From: an uncultured delta proteobacterium
Lineage (GTDB): Bacteria > Desulfobacterota > Binatia > Binatales > Binataceae
DNA length: 64,000 nucleotides
Direction of reading: 5' to 3'
Assembly: GCA_963765675.1 (NCBI GenBank)
Contig: CAVXXK010000001.1
Coordinates: 480,001 to 544,000 of the forward strand
Shown here in pieces: positions 1 through 9,377 of this stretch. Numbering within the stretch: the stretch's first letter is position 1; every line of letters starts with the position of its first letter. A program made the position numbers and the translations under genes. The notes under the pieces were generated by a model. The model had not been told where the DNA came from and ran no database searches. It saw only the letters and a list, made by a program, of their open reading frames with translations.

Positions 1-207
1 GTCGAACCACGCGTATGCTGCGAGGTCGTCGTTATCAAACCACAGACAGATGTTCGCGCACTCGCCGGACCCGAGGCCCCACACGACATCGCCGGCCTTC
101 ATATAGGTCGAGCGCGGCCAGCGCGCAGCGGTAGTCTTGCGGGCAAAATCGATCAGCAGATCAAGGTCAGCGGCGCCGGAATAGGCGCGCGAGATAAAAT
201 GGTTCAT
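1..207 (-). CDS. N-terminal part of a probable GNAT-family acetyltransferase (runs off the window start)
   Basis: AAGGAG RBS then ATG at 207; reads MNHFISRAYSGAADLDLLIDFARKTTAARWPRSTYMKAGDVVWGL...ICLWFDNDDLAAYAWFD, resembling N-termini of tandem GNAT proteins; not in ORF track. Confidence 0.5.
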   Translation of the reverse strand, partial: MNHFISRAYSGAADLDLLIDFARKTTAARWPRSTYMKAGDVVWGLGSGECANICLWFDNDDLAAYAWFD

Positions 208-297
208 GACGAATCTCCTTGACGTGAACAGCTCGAGACCTCCCCGGTGGGAGGACTCCGTTGCGAAGCGAAGCGGGAGATTGTCTTAAAGAACCAT
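208..297 (-). promoter_or_regulatory. Putative translational attenuator: uORF MVL* (297..286) followed by an anti-SD
   Basis: ATG GTT CTT TAA immediately followed by GACAATCTCC, complementary (one bulge) to GGAGATTCGTC just before the downstream ATG. Confidence 0.55.
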
Positions 298-372
298 CGT
301 CGTGGAGGGAACCCTTATCGCGACGAAAATATCACTACTCATTCAGCGACGCGCAATCAGGCCGGTCTGCCG

Positions 373-918
373 CTAACGTCGCGCGAGGCCGAGCTGACGC
401 AGTTCGCTTTCGCGCAGCGGCAAATCTGAGGCGAGGAAGAACTCGTCGAGCTGAGGCGGCGGCACTTGTGTACCCGAAAGCATCGCGTGCGCCTGGCCGC
501 GATGGTGTATCTGATGCACAAACAGATGCGCGAGGACGGCGGCGATCGTCTCTCTATGGATCACGCCATCATTGCGATCGATTGTGACCTCACGCTCCAG
601 GTCGGCTTCATTCACGCTGTCGCAGAATGCGATCAGCTCGCGATCCACTCCGGCTTGGGCGGCGGCAAGCTCGGCGGCATCCGGAAAAGGAATCTCATCT
701 TCAGGGAAAAGACCGCCGACGCCCCTGAGAGCGGAGAGATAGAATTGATCGACGATCAAGATATGGTTCAGCGTCTGGCGCAGAGAGGGAAAGAAGCTCA
801 CGCGCTCGGCCGCGAACTCCTCGGCCGTGAGCTCGGCGCACGCCCGATTCAGCCGAGCGTTGGACCAGGCATTGTTCCGCGCCATCGCGCGAAAGTGATC
901 GCAAAGCGATGTGGGCAT
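373..918 (-). CDS. DinB/YfiT family protein
   Basis: NNAWSNARL, FFPSLRQTLNHIL, HLFVHQIHHRGQAH motifs; GGAGG RBS before ATG at 918. Confidence 0.9.
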   Translation of the reverse strand: MPTSLCDHFRAMARNNAWSNARLNRACAELTAEEFAAERVSFFPSLRQTLNHILIVDQFYLSALRGVGGLFPEDEIPFPDAAELAAAQAGVDRELIAFCDSVNEADLEREVTIDRNDGVIHRETIAAVLAHLFVHQIHHRGQAHAMLSGTQVPPPQLDEFFLASDLPLRESELRQLGLARR

Positions 919-1004
919 GAAACGCCTCCGGGCTAGTAGGCGACGCTGCGGCGAGCATACTCTACGCGTCTTCGAATTTCTGCCTCGGCGAAGCGCAGCA
1001 TCGA

Positions 1005-1309
1005 GTGTCATTCCCGCGCGTGGCTGCCGCGCGAGAGCCTGTCCTGAGCAAGGCCGAAGGAAATCCCGGACGAAAGGCCGCTGCATGAGGCGTGTACTCA
1101 GAGCATGGACGCCTCGGGATTCCTCGCCCAAGGCTCGGAATGACGGTTGGAGGCTCGGCTGAGACTACGATACTCGTGCACATGCGCACATTCGTCATTT
1201 CGACCAGCGGGAGAAATCCCGAGGCGTCCATGCTCCGCATCCACATCTCATGCAGTGCCCCTTCGTTCGGGACTCCTATCTCGCGGCAGACCTCGCGCGG
1301 GAATGACAC
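1005..1309. repeat. REP/dRS3-like palindromic mosaic element, copy A
   Basis: Perfect 16-bp terminal inverted repeat GTGTCATTCCCGCGCG; internal GTCATT/AATGAC units; related to 15150-15367 and 23937-24269. Confidence 0.85.
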
Positions 1310-1446
1310 CGGTCGAAATCCACAGTAGTTTGACTGATAAATGATCCGCTGTTAGTTTCGTTTCGTTTATCGGTTCCATTCCCGGTTAATTTGAACGATT
1401 CTGATCATGTATCGCCGAATAAGCGCATGCGTGGAGTGATATCGCT

Positions 1447-2197
1447 GTGAAGATTCTGGTTCCAATCAAACGTGTTCCCGACCCCGCCACCACGATCCGC
1501 GTCCTCCCCGACGGCTCGGGTATCGCCACCGACAATGTCAAGTGGGTTATCAACCCGTTCGACGAGATCGCAATCGAAGAAGCCCTGCGGATCAAGGAAA
1601 AACAGGCGGGCAGCGAAGTCGTGCTGGTCACGATCGGACAATCGACCTGGCAGGAGCAGCTTCGCACCGGGCTTGCGATGGGCGCCGACCGCGCGATCCT
1701 GGTGAAGAGCGACGGCTACCTCGATCCGCTGGCGCTCGCGCGAATCCTCGCGAAGATCGCGGGCGACGAAAAGGCGGACCTCGTGCTGCTCGGCAAGCAG
1801 GCGATCGACGACGACTCGAACCAGGTCGGCCAGATGCTGGCCGAGATGCTCGGATGGCCGCAGGCGACCTTTGCTTCCAAGGTTGAGTTCGCGGACAAGC
1901 AAGGTCACCGTGATCCGCGAGGTCGACGGCGGCCTCGAAACGATCGCGTTCAACCTGCCCGCCGTCGTGACCACCGATTTGCGCCTCAACGAGCCGCGCT
2001 ACGCGTCGCTGCCGGGCATCATGAAGGCGCGCAAAAAAGAGCTCAAGGAAATTCCGGCCGAAAGCCTCGGCCTCGACCTCGCGCCCAAGCTCAAGATCAA
2101 ATCGCTGACGGCGCCGCCCAAGCGGCAAGCGGGAAAGAAAGTCGGCTCGGTCGCGGAGCTGGTCGGCGTGCTGCATACCGAAGCCAAGGTGATCTAA
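1447..2197 (+). CDS. etfB: Electron transfer flavoprotein beta subunit (one frameshift near 1896)
   Basis: [33 protein letters not shown]; continues in another frame as [10 protein letters not shown]...[17 protein letters not shown]. Confidence 0.93.
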
Positions 2198-2287
2198 CCG
2201 GCGTGGGACAGAGGGATTATTTTCAACGACGATATCTCATCGCCTGCAATCGACCGCGCGCGCGGCGTGGAGCAGGCGGCGGAGTGA

Positions 2288-3268
2288 ATGCAAATGGGTG
2301 ACGTTCTTATTTTCGCCGAACATCTGGGCGGCCACTTTCCCAAGACCACGCTGACCGCGATTCACGCGGGGATCGAGCTCGCGCAAAAGCGCGGCGGAAA
2401 AGCGATCGCGGTCGTCGCGGGTGACGCGCCCGAGGCGGTCGCCGCGGAGATCGCCAAGTACGGCGCATCCAAAGTGATCGCGCTGGCGCATCCTGCGCTG
2501 AAGAATTATCTCGCCGACGCGCACGCGGCCGCTCTCGCCGCGCTGGTCAAGAAAACCGGGGCGGAATTCGTGCTCGCGACCGCAACCGCGATCGGCAAGG
2601 ACCTCGCGCCGCGGCTGGCCGCGCGGTTGAACGCGCCGATGGCTTCCGAAATCACCGCGATTAACGACGACGGCACCTACGTGCGTCCGATGTACGCGGG
2701 CAACGCGATGGCCACGATCGAGCTCGACGGTCCGGTCAAGGTGATTACAGTGCGCGGCACCGCGTTCGACGCGGCCAAGCCCGCCGCGGCTGCGTCTCCG
2801 ATCGAAAAGCTTGACGCCGAGATCGACGCCGCCGCGCTCAAGCAGGAGTTCGTCTCCTTCAACCAGACCAAGAGCGACCGCCCGCAACTCACCGAGGCGC
2901 GGATCGTCGTTTCAGGAGGACGCGGACTAAAGTCGGGCGAAAATTTCAAAATCGTGCTCGAACCGCTGGTCGATGAAATGGGCGCCGCGATGGGCGCGTC
3001 GCGCGCGGCCGTCGACGCGGGCTTCGTGCCCAATGATTTGCAGGTCGGGCAGACCGGCAAGGTCGTCGCGCCCGAGCTTTACGTCGCAGTCGGAATCTCC
3101 GGCGCGATCCAGCATCTGGCCGGAATGAAGGACTCGAAAATTATCGTCGCGATCAACAAGGACGAAGAGGCGCCGATCTTCAGCGTCGCCGACTACGGCC
3201 TGGTCGCCGATCTATTCAAAGCCGTGCCCGAGATGGTCGAAGAGCTGAAGAAGGTCAAAGCGCACTGA
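2288..3268 (+). CDS. etfA: Electron transfer flavoprotein alpha subunit
   Basis: [37 protein letters not shown] motifs. Confidence 0.97.
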   Translation: MQMGDVLIFAEHLGGHFPKTTLTAIHAGIELAQKRGGKAIAVVAGDAPEAVAAEIAKYGASKVIALAHPALKNYLADAHAAALAALVKKTGAEFVLATATAIGKDLAPRLAARLNAPMASEITAINDDGTYVRPMYAGNAMATIELDGPVKVITVRGTAFDAAKPAAAASPIEKLDAEIDAAALKQEFVSFNQTKSDRPQLTEARIVVSGGRGLKSGENFKIVLEPLVDEMGAAMGASRAAVDAGFVPNDLQVGQTGKVVAPELYVAVGISGAIQHLAGMKDSKIIVAINKDEEAPIFSVADYGLVADLFKAVPEMVEELKKVKAH

Positions 3269-3279
3269 GGCATCGAACG

Positions 3280-4242
3280 ATGGCCGAGCTGCAGCATAAA
3301 TTCGCCACGACCAACGGAATCAAGATGCACTACGTCGAGCAGGGCACGGGCCCGCTCGTTGTCCTGTGCCACGGATGGCCGGAGTCGTGGTACTCGTGGC
3401 GGCATCAGATTCCAGCGCTCGCCGCGGCGGGCTTCCGCGTTGTCGCGCCCGATCAGCGCGGCTACGGACGCACGGATCGGCCCGAGGCGATCGAGGCCTA
3501 CAACATCTTCAATCTCACCGGCGATATCGTTGGACTGGTGCATGCGCTTGGCGAGTCGAAGGCGATAGTCGTCGGACACGATTGGGGCGCGCCGGTTGCG
3601 TGGCACTGCGCGCTCTTGCGGCCTGATATCTTTTACGCGGTCGGTCTTTTGAGCGTGGCGTTTTTGCCGCGCGGCCCGATTCGTCCTTCCGACGGGATGA
3701 AGGCGCTCGAGGGCAAGACCAACTGGTTCTATCAGCATTACTTTCAGGAGCCGGGACGGATCGAGAAGGAACTCGACGAGGATCCGCGCCGCTCGATTAC
3801 GATGATGCTGTACTCGGCGTCGGGCGATCCGCCGCCCGCCGAGCGTTGGAAGTTCCTGTTTCCGCGCTCGTACAAATTCCTCGAAAGCGGCACGATTCCC
3901 GGCCGGCTTCCCAGCTGGCTCACGGAGGAAGATATCGATTTCTACGCCGCCGAATTCGGCAACTCGGGCTTCCGCGGCGGTATCAACTGGTATCGCAATA
4001 TCGATCGCAACTGGGAGATGACCGGCTTCCTTGACGGCGTGAAGCTCACGCAGCCCTCGATGTTCGTGGCCGGCGAGCACGACGTCGTCCTCGCGATGTA
4101 TCCCGATGCGCCGAAAGTCGTCGATTTCTCGATGCCGAATTGCCGCAAAAAAGTGATCATCCCCGGCGCAGGTCACTGGCTCCAGCAGGAGCGTCCCAAA
4201 GAAATCAACGACTTATTGATCGAGTTCGTCAAGGGCCTCTGA
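3280..4242 (+). CDS. Epoxide hydrolase-like alpha/beta hydrolase
   Basis: HGWPE, DQRGYG, GHDWGA nucleophile, GAGHWLQQE. Confidence 0.92.
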   Translation: MAELQHKFATTNGIKMHYVEQGTGPLVVLCHGWPESWYSWRHQIPALAAAGFRVVAPDQRGYGRTDRPEAIEAYNIFNLTGDIVGLVHALGESKAIVVGHDWGAPVAWHCALLRPDIFYAVGLLSVAFLPRGPIRPSDGMKALEGKTNWFYQHYFQEPGRIEKELDEDPRRSITMMLYSASGDPPPAERWKFLFPRSYKFLESGTIPGRLPSWLTEEDIDFYAAEFGNSGFRGGINWYRNIDRNWEMTGFLDGVKLTQPSMFVAGEHDVVLAMYPDAPKVVDFSMPNCRKKVIIPGAGHWLQQERPKEINDLLIEFVKGL

Positions 4243-4466
4243 GCACTTTGAAGATACCCTCTCCCCCGGGAGGTGCCACTGGCACGCGGGCGGCGCGGCG
4301 CTATGCTTGCGTTCTTTTCGCAAGCATCGTGACGCGCGGGTGAGGGTGCTGCTCTGCGCATTTGCCGCATCAGCCTTTCGACTGACTTGGATCGGTACTT
4401 TTCAGCCCGAACTGGCCAGTCTCCCGCACATCCTCGGACCTAATACTCTGCGCGTCCGGCCCGGAT

Positions 4467-4483
4467 TTAACATTCCCGTAACA
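4467..4483 (+). promoter_or_regulatory. Putative PHO box upstream of pstS
   Basis: TTAACA-N5-GTAACA direct repeat with 11-bp period about 80 bp upstream of pstS. Confidence 0.6.
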
Positions 4484-4564
4484 GAACCGACCCGGGCTAA
4501 TAAAGTATAGTCGTTAGCATTAGGGATGAAACTTTGAATTGTCTTCGCACTTGGAGGTGCATCG

Positions 4565-5596
4565 ATGTCGCTTTCGTCCCACGTTCGCAGAGCCATCGTC
4601 TTCACGGCGGCTGCCGTGTTGACTCTCGCCGCGTCGGCGGTGTTCGCGTCCACGCAACTCACGGGCGCAGGTTCGACCTTCGACTATCCGTTCTTTTCAA
4701 AGGCATTTTACGAATACAGCCAGCAGCGTTCCGATGTCACGGTCAATTACCAGTCGATCGGCAGCGGAGGCGGAATCCAGCAGTTCATCGCGAAGACGGT
4801 TGATTTTGGCGCCTCCGATGTGCCGATGAATGCAGAGGAACTCAAGCTCGCACAGGGACCGGTTTTGCAGGTTCCGGTCACCCTGGGCGGAGCCGCGATG
4901 GGCTACAATTTGCCCGGGATCGCGAAGGGTCTCCGCCTGACGCGCCAACTGATTGCCGAGATCTTCCTGGGCAAAGTAACCAAGTGGAACGACTCCGCGA
5001 TCGTGAAGGCGAACCCGGGCATGAAACTGCCTGATATGCCGATTACAGTCGTCCATCGCTCCGACGGTTCCGGCACGACTTATATCTTCACCGATTTTCT
5101 GAGCAGCGTGTCTCCTGAATGGAAGCAAAAAGTTGGGACCGGCAAGAGCGTCCAGTGGCCTGTGGGCCTTGGCGGCAAAGGCAATGAAGGTGTGGCGGGA
5201 CAGGTGCGCCAGACGCCAGGCGCGATCGGATATATCGAGCTGGCCTACGTGCTCGAAAACGAAATGACGTATGCGCAGGTGGAGAACAAATCCGGCGCGT
5301 TTGTCTATCCGTCTATCGAGACGGTCGCGGATGCCGCGGCCAGCAAACCGGAAGTCAGTGCAACGGACTTTTCGATCGTCGATGCGTCCGGCGCCAATTC
5401 GTATCCGATCAGCGGATACTCGTGGGTCATGCTCTACGAAAAGCCGTCAGACGCCGCGCGCGCGAAGCTCGTGAAACAGACCCTCGAATGGTTAGTCACA
5501 AAAGGTCAGTCAGTCGCGAAATCAGTTGACTATGTACCGCTTCCGGATAACGTCCAGAAACAAGCGCTGAAGGTCATCTCGCAGATGCAGGCGTAG
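4565..5596 (+). CDS. pstS: Phosphate ABC transporter substrate-binding protein
   Basis: Signal peptide, GAGSTF, YQSIGSGGG, DFGASD, RSDGSGTT, GKGNEGV. Confidence 0.97.
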   Translation: MSLSSHVRRAIVFTAAAVLTLAASAVFASTQLTGAGSTFDYPFFSKAFYEYSQQRSDVTVNYQSIGSGGGIQQFIAKTVDFGASDVPMNAEELKLAQGPVLQVPVTLGGAAMGYNLPGIAKGLRLTRQLIAEIFLGKVTKWNDSAIVKANPGMKLPDMPITVVHRSDGSGTTYIFTDFLSSVSPEWKQKVGTGKSVQWPVGLGGKGNEGVAGQVRQTPGAIGYIELAYVLENEMTYAQVENKSGAFVYPSIETVADAAASKPEVSATDFSIVDASGANSYPISGYSWVMLYEKPSDAARAKLVKQTLEWLVTKGQSVAKSVDYVPLPDNVQKQALKVISQMQA

Positions 5597-5657
5597 CTAC
5601 TTACTCGGATATGCATTTCTGATTGATGAGTGAGTACCCACTCCGGAACGATTCAAA

Positions 5658-6698
5658 ATGGCGGATACTGACGAGCACAATACCAGCGGCAATTTCGGAT
5701 TCGCTCTCGCACCCGGAATGAACGCCGGTAATCCCGCGCTCAATCCTATGGTCGAGCCGCGAGCCCAGCCAGTCCGCCTGAGGCTGCCGCATGCGCCTCG
5801 TGGGACCGGCTTCGACCTATGCGTCTACGGAGCGACGTTCGCCTTTCTGGCCCTGGTGATTGGACTCTTCATCGAGCTTCTATGGAGCTCGCGGCTGTCG
5901 CTCTCGACCTTTGGATTGTCGTTCCTATGGACCAGCGAATGGAATCCGGTAACTAACCAGTTCGGCGCGCTGCCTTTCATCTACGGAACTGTCGTCAGCT
6001 CCGCAATCGCCATTCTGCTCGCCGGAGTCGTTGGCGTGCTCGCCGGCGCGTTTCTGGCGGAATTCTGTCCGCTACGCCTGTCAGGTCCGCTCAGCTTTGT
6101 GATCGAGCTGCTCGCCGCGGTTCCGAGCGTAGTTTATGGCTTGTGGGGATTGTTTATTCTCGCGCCCGTCATGCGCGACTATGTCGAGCCGTTCCTGCAG
6201 CACTACCTCGGCTTTTTGCCGATCTTCTCGGGAACGATCTACGGCGTCGGTATGCTCACCGCGGGAGTGCTTCTGGCTATTATGATTGTTCCCACCGTCA
6301 CCGCTATCTCCCGCGACGTGATGGCCGCCATTCCGCAGACGCAGCGCGAAGCGATTTGGGCGCTGGGCGCAACGCGCTGGCAGAGTTTTCAGATGGTGGT
6401 GCTGCCGGGCTCGCGCGCGGGCGTTTTCGGCGCGTGTATCCTGGCCCTTGGCCGTGCCCTTGGAGAAACTATCGCCACCACGATGGTTATAGGCAATCGG
6501 CCCGCGATCGCAGCTTCACTCTTCGCCCCCGGATATAGTATTTCGAGCGTTATAGCCAATGAGTTCACCGAGGCGACTACCCAAGTCTACCTCAGCTCGC
6601 TGATCGAGCTCGGACTGCTGCTCTTTATCATCAGCGTGATTGTAAATGCGCTCGCGCGCGTCCTGCTCTGGACTATCTTCCGCCCGATGGAGAGCTAA
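5658..6698 (+). CDS. pstC: Phosphate ABC transporter permease (start uncertain)
   Basis: ELLAAVPSVVYGLWG, ALGRALGET, IANEF; follows pstS. Confidence 0.95.
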   Translation: MADTDEHNTSGNFGFALAPGMNAGNPALNPMVEPRAQPVRLRLPHAPRGTGFDLCVYGATFAFLALVIGLFIELLWSSRLSLSTFGLSFLWTSEWNPVTNQFGALPFIYGTVVSSAIAILLAGVVGVLAGAFLAEFCPLRLSGPLSFVIELLAAVPSVVYGLWGLFILAPVMRDYVEPFLQHYLGFLPIFSGTIYGVGMLTAGVLLAIMIVPTVTAISRDVMAAIPQTQREAIWALGATRWQSFQMVVLPGSRAGVFGACILALGRALGETIATTMVIGNRPAIAASLFAPGYSISSVIANEFTEATTQVYLSSLIELGLLLFIISVIVNALARVLLWTIFRPMES

Positions 6699-7538
6699 GT
6701 GCAGACGCCAATCACACTACGCCATCCGCGCAGCGCACTGGGAATTTTCGCTGCCGCTTTCTGTGCTGGCGGGGTCGCAGTTATCCTGCTGCTGATCCTC
6801 GGCTACGTCATCCGCGAGGGCATTGGCGCAATCTCGCTCAGCTTCCTGACCGAACTGCCGCATCCGGTTGGCGTACCGGGAGGCGGAGTGGGCAATGGAC
6901 TCGTGGGCAGCGCGATTATCGTGGGACTGGCTGCTGTAATGGCTATTCCGATCGGCACTCTCACCGGTCTCTATTTGACCTATTTTGGACGCGGGACGTT
7001 CGCAGCCACGGTGCGCTTCCTTTCGGATGTTCTCTCCGGAATTCCGAGTATCGCGATTGGACTGTTCGCCTACACGATACTGGTGGCGCCGCTGAAGCAC
7101 TTTTCGGCTTTCTCGGCTTCCTTTGCTTTCGCAATCCTGATGCTGCCCGTGATTATCACCACTACTGAGTCCGCGATCAAAGGAGTATCGCACGAACTTT
7201 ACGAGGCGGCGCTCGCGCTCGGCGTGTCGCGTCATCACGCGATCATCCACGTGATCCTTCCGTCCGCTCGTTCCGGAATAATCACGGGAATCGTACTGGC
7301 TATCGCCAGGGTTACGGGCGAAACCGCGCCTCTGCTCTTCACCGCCTTCGGCAGCCAGTTCTGGGAACTCAATCCAAACAATCCGATGGCGGAATTGTCG
7401 TTGCAGGTCTTCACCTACGCGATCTCTCCATACAAATCGTGGCACGAGCAGGCGTGGGGCGGAGCTTTGCTGCTCATCGTTATCGTGTTCGTCATGAACC
7501 TCGGCGCTCGCGTCGCGTTGAAGCCACGTTTCCGCTGA
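6699..7538 (+). CDS. pstA: Phosphate ABC transporter permease
   Basis: LSGIPSIAIGLF, EAALALG, ARVTGETAPLLFT. Confidence 0.95.
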   Translation: MQTPITLRHPRSALGIFAAAFCAGGVAVILLLILGYVIREGIGAISLSFLTELPHPVGVPGGGVGNGLVGSAIIVGLAAVMAIPIGTLTGLYLTYFGRGTFAATVRFLSDVLSGIPSIAIGLFAYTILVAPLKHFSAFSASFAFAILMLPVIITTTESAIKGVSHELYEAALALGVSRHHAIIHVILPSARSGIITGIVLAIARVTGETAPLLFTAFGSQFWELNPNNPMAELSLQVFTYAISPYKSWHEQAWGGALLLIVIVFVMNLGARVALKPRFR

Positions 7539-7555
7539 TCGCGGGCAGAGCAGCA

Positions 7556-7599
7556 CCCTCACCCGCCGCTTCGCGGCACCCTCTCCCGGAGGGCGAGGG
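7556..7599. repeat. REP-like hairpin of the CCCTCACC...CTCTCCC...GAGGG class
   Basis: CCCTCACCCGCCGCTTCGCGGCACCCTCTCCCGGAGGGCGAGGG; related units near 4256-4275 and 20155-20187. Confidence 0.65.
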
Positions 7600-7684
7600 A
7601 ATAAGAAGGAGCTTCCGCCTTTGATTGCATCGCTCGAGGCGGGGCGTTAGATTCCAGCTTATCTCACCACAAGAGGCCAAAGGT

Positions 7685-7784
7685 GTGCGGAAGTAACTGA
7701 ATTCCATTTGTCGTCCGAACGACAACCCCTACGCGGATGGCGCGAACTCTTCGTCCATGCGCGTGGAACAATGGAGCAGTTACG
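7685..7784 (+). promoter_or_regulatory. Putative translational attenuator of the ABC-F gene: uORF (GTG)MRK* plus SD-sequestering helix
   Basis: GTG CGG AAG TAA at 7685-7696; GTAACTG-AA-TTCCATT (7693-7708) pairs with AATGGAG-CAGTTAC (7770-7783); two internal hairpins. Confidence 0.65.
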
Positions 7785-9311
7785 ATGTTCGTGCGTTTGG
7801 CTGAAGTTTCCTTTTCGTATTCCGATTCGATTCCTATCCTGCGCGATGTGAGTATCCAGCTCGCGCCCGGATGGACCGGCGTGGTCGGCCCGAACGGCGC
7901 CGGCAAGACGACGCTTATCCGTTTGATCTCGGGAGAACTCGAACCGGCGCGCGGCCATGTGCGAATCGACCCGCCGTCGGTATCGAAATCAATTCGCGTC
8001 TGCGCCCAAACCGCGCTCAAGATCTCGCCCGCGATCGCGGCGTTCGCCCGCGCCAGTGACGGCGTCGCACGGCGCCTCCACGGCGAGCTTGCGCTCGAGC
8101 CCGCGGCGCTCGAAAGATGGCCTACGCTGTCGCCGGGTGAGCGCAAGCGCTGGCAAGTCGGCGCGGCACTCGCATCGGAACCGGCAGTGCTGATTCTTGA
8201 TGAGCCGACCGACCATCTTGACGCCGACGCACGCGGCCTGCTGCTCGACGCACTCCGCCGCTTTCGCGGAATTGGAATTGTCGTCTCGCACGACCGCGTG
8301 ATGCTCGAGCATCTCACGACATATACCGTGCGGGTGCACGACGGCGCCGCGCGAATCTGGCGCGGAGCGTACGGTGACGCGAAGCGCGCGTGGGAGGCCG
8401 AGGAGCGCGAGTATCACGCCTCGTTCGAGCGGCTCAAGCATGAGCGCGATAAGCTGAGGCGCCGCCTCGCCGACAAGCGGCGAATCGCGCAGTCCGCGGC
8501 GGCCGACTGGAGCGCCGGCGCGGGCCAGAGGATGCGCGGGCCGCGCGACCATGATGCGACCAGCATGATGGCGAAGGGGAAATCCGAGATGGCGTCGGCG
8601 CGGCTGTCGCGCGATGTCGGGAATTTGCGCCGCGGCGTCGATCGGGTCGAAGAGCGCCTCGGCGAGTTCGAGTTCCGTAAAGACAAGGGCCGCGCGTTGT
8701 TTGTCGATTACGTTCCCGCGCCGATGAGCCGCATCTTCGCGCTCGACGAAAACGAAATCATGGCGGGCTCGAAACGCGTGCTCGAAGAGGTTCATGTTGT
8801 CGTCGGGCGCGCGAGCAAAATCCGCGTCGCAGGACCCAACGGCGCGGGCAAGACCACGCTACTCGGCGCGATGCTGCGTGCGGCGCGTCTGCCGCGCGAG
8901 CGTGTGATGTTCCTGCCGCAGGAACTGACCGACGCCGACGGCGCCGCGATGCTCGCGGCGGTACGCACGCTCAGCGCTGAAGCTCGCGCGCGGGTGCTGA
9001 CGCTCGCGGCAGCGCTCGGAGTCGATCCCGAGCGGATTCTCGGTTCGCAATCGCCGTCGCCCGGAGAGGCGCGCAAACTTGCGCTCGCGTACGGCCTCGG
9101 CAGGCAGGTCTGGGCGTGCGTCCTCGATGAACCGACCAATCATCTCGATATGCCCGCGATCGAACGGCTCGAAGAAGCTCTCGCGGGGTATCCAGGCGCG
9201 CTCGTGATCGTCACGCATGACGACCCTCTCGCGGCGCTCACGACTCGCGAGCAATGGACGATCGAAAACGGCCGGATCGAAGTCGCTTCCAGCGACGGCG
9301 CAGAGCAATAG
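7785..9311 (+). CDS. ABC-F family ATPase (ribosome-associated, ARE-like long linker)
   Basis: Two GPNGAGKT Walker A motifs, two SPGE signatures, LDEPTDHLD and LDEPTNHLD, no TM segments; GGAG RBS before ATG at 7785. Confidence 0.9.
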   Translation: MFVRLAEVSFSYSDSIPILRDVSIQLAPGWTGVVGPNGAGKTTLIRLISGELEPARGHVRIDPPSVSKSIRVCAQTALKISPAIAAFARASDGVARRLHGELALEPAALERWPTLSPGERKRWQVGAALASEPAVLILDEPTDHLDADARGLLLDALRRFRGIGIVVSHDRVMLEHLTTYTVRVHDGAARIWRGAYGDAKRAWEAEEREYHASFERLKHERDKLRRRLADKRRIAQSAAADWSAGAGQRMRGPRDHDATSMMAKGKSEMASARLSRDVGNLRRGVDRVEERLGEFEFRKDKGRALFVDYVPAPMSRIFALDENEIMAGSKRVLEEVHVVVGRASKIRVAGPNGAGKTTLLGAMLRAARLPRERVMFLPQELTDADGAAMLAAVRTLSAEARARVLTLAAALGVDPERILGSQSPSPGEARKLALAYGLGRQVWACVLDEPTNHLDMPAIERLEEALAGYPGALVIVTHDDPLAALTTREQWTIENGRIEVASSDGAEQ

Positions 9312-9377
9312 CCGAATTGCGACGACTCCGCTGCGCATCTACCATCGGTCGCATCTTGCGCCGCGGAGGTAGTTGCG

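Noticed and set aside
1005-1309. CRISPR array or tRNA-like RNA in the palindromic repeats
   Set aside because: No regularly spaced identical direct repeats with unique spacers, no cas genes and no cloverleaf
1871-1920. Programmed ribosomal frameshift in etfB
   Set aside because: No slippery heptamer or stimulator seen; similar isolated indels occur in many unrelated genes, so error is more likely
7785-9311. ABC ATPase after pstA as PstB
   Set aside because: Tandem ABC domains with DEPTNHLD and a coiled linker define ABC-F; it has its own leader
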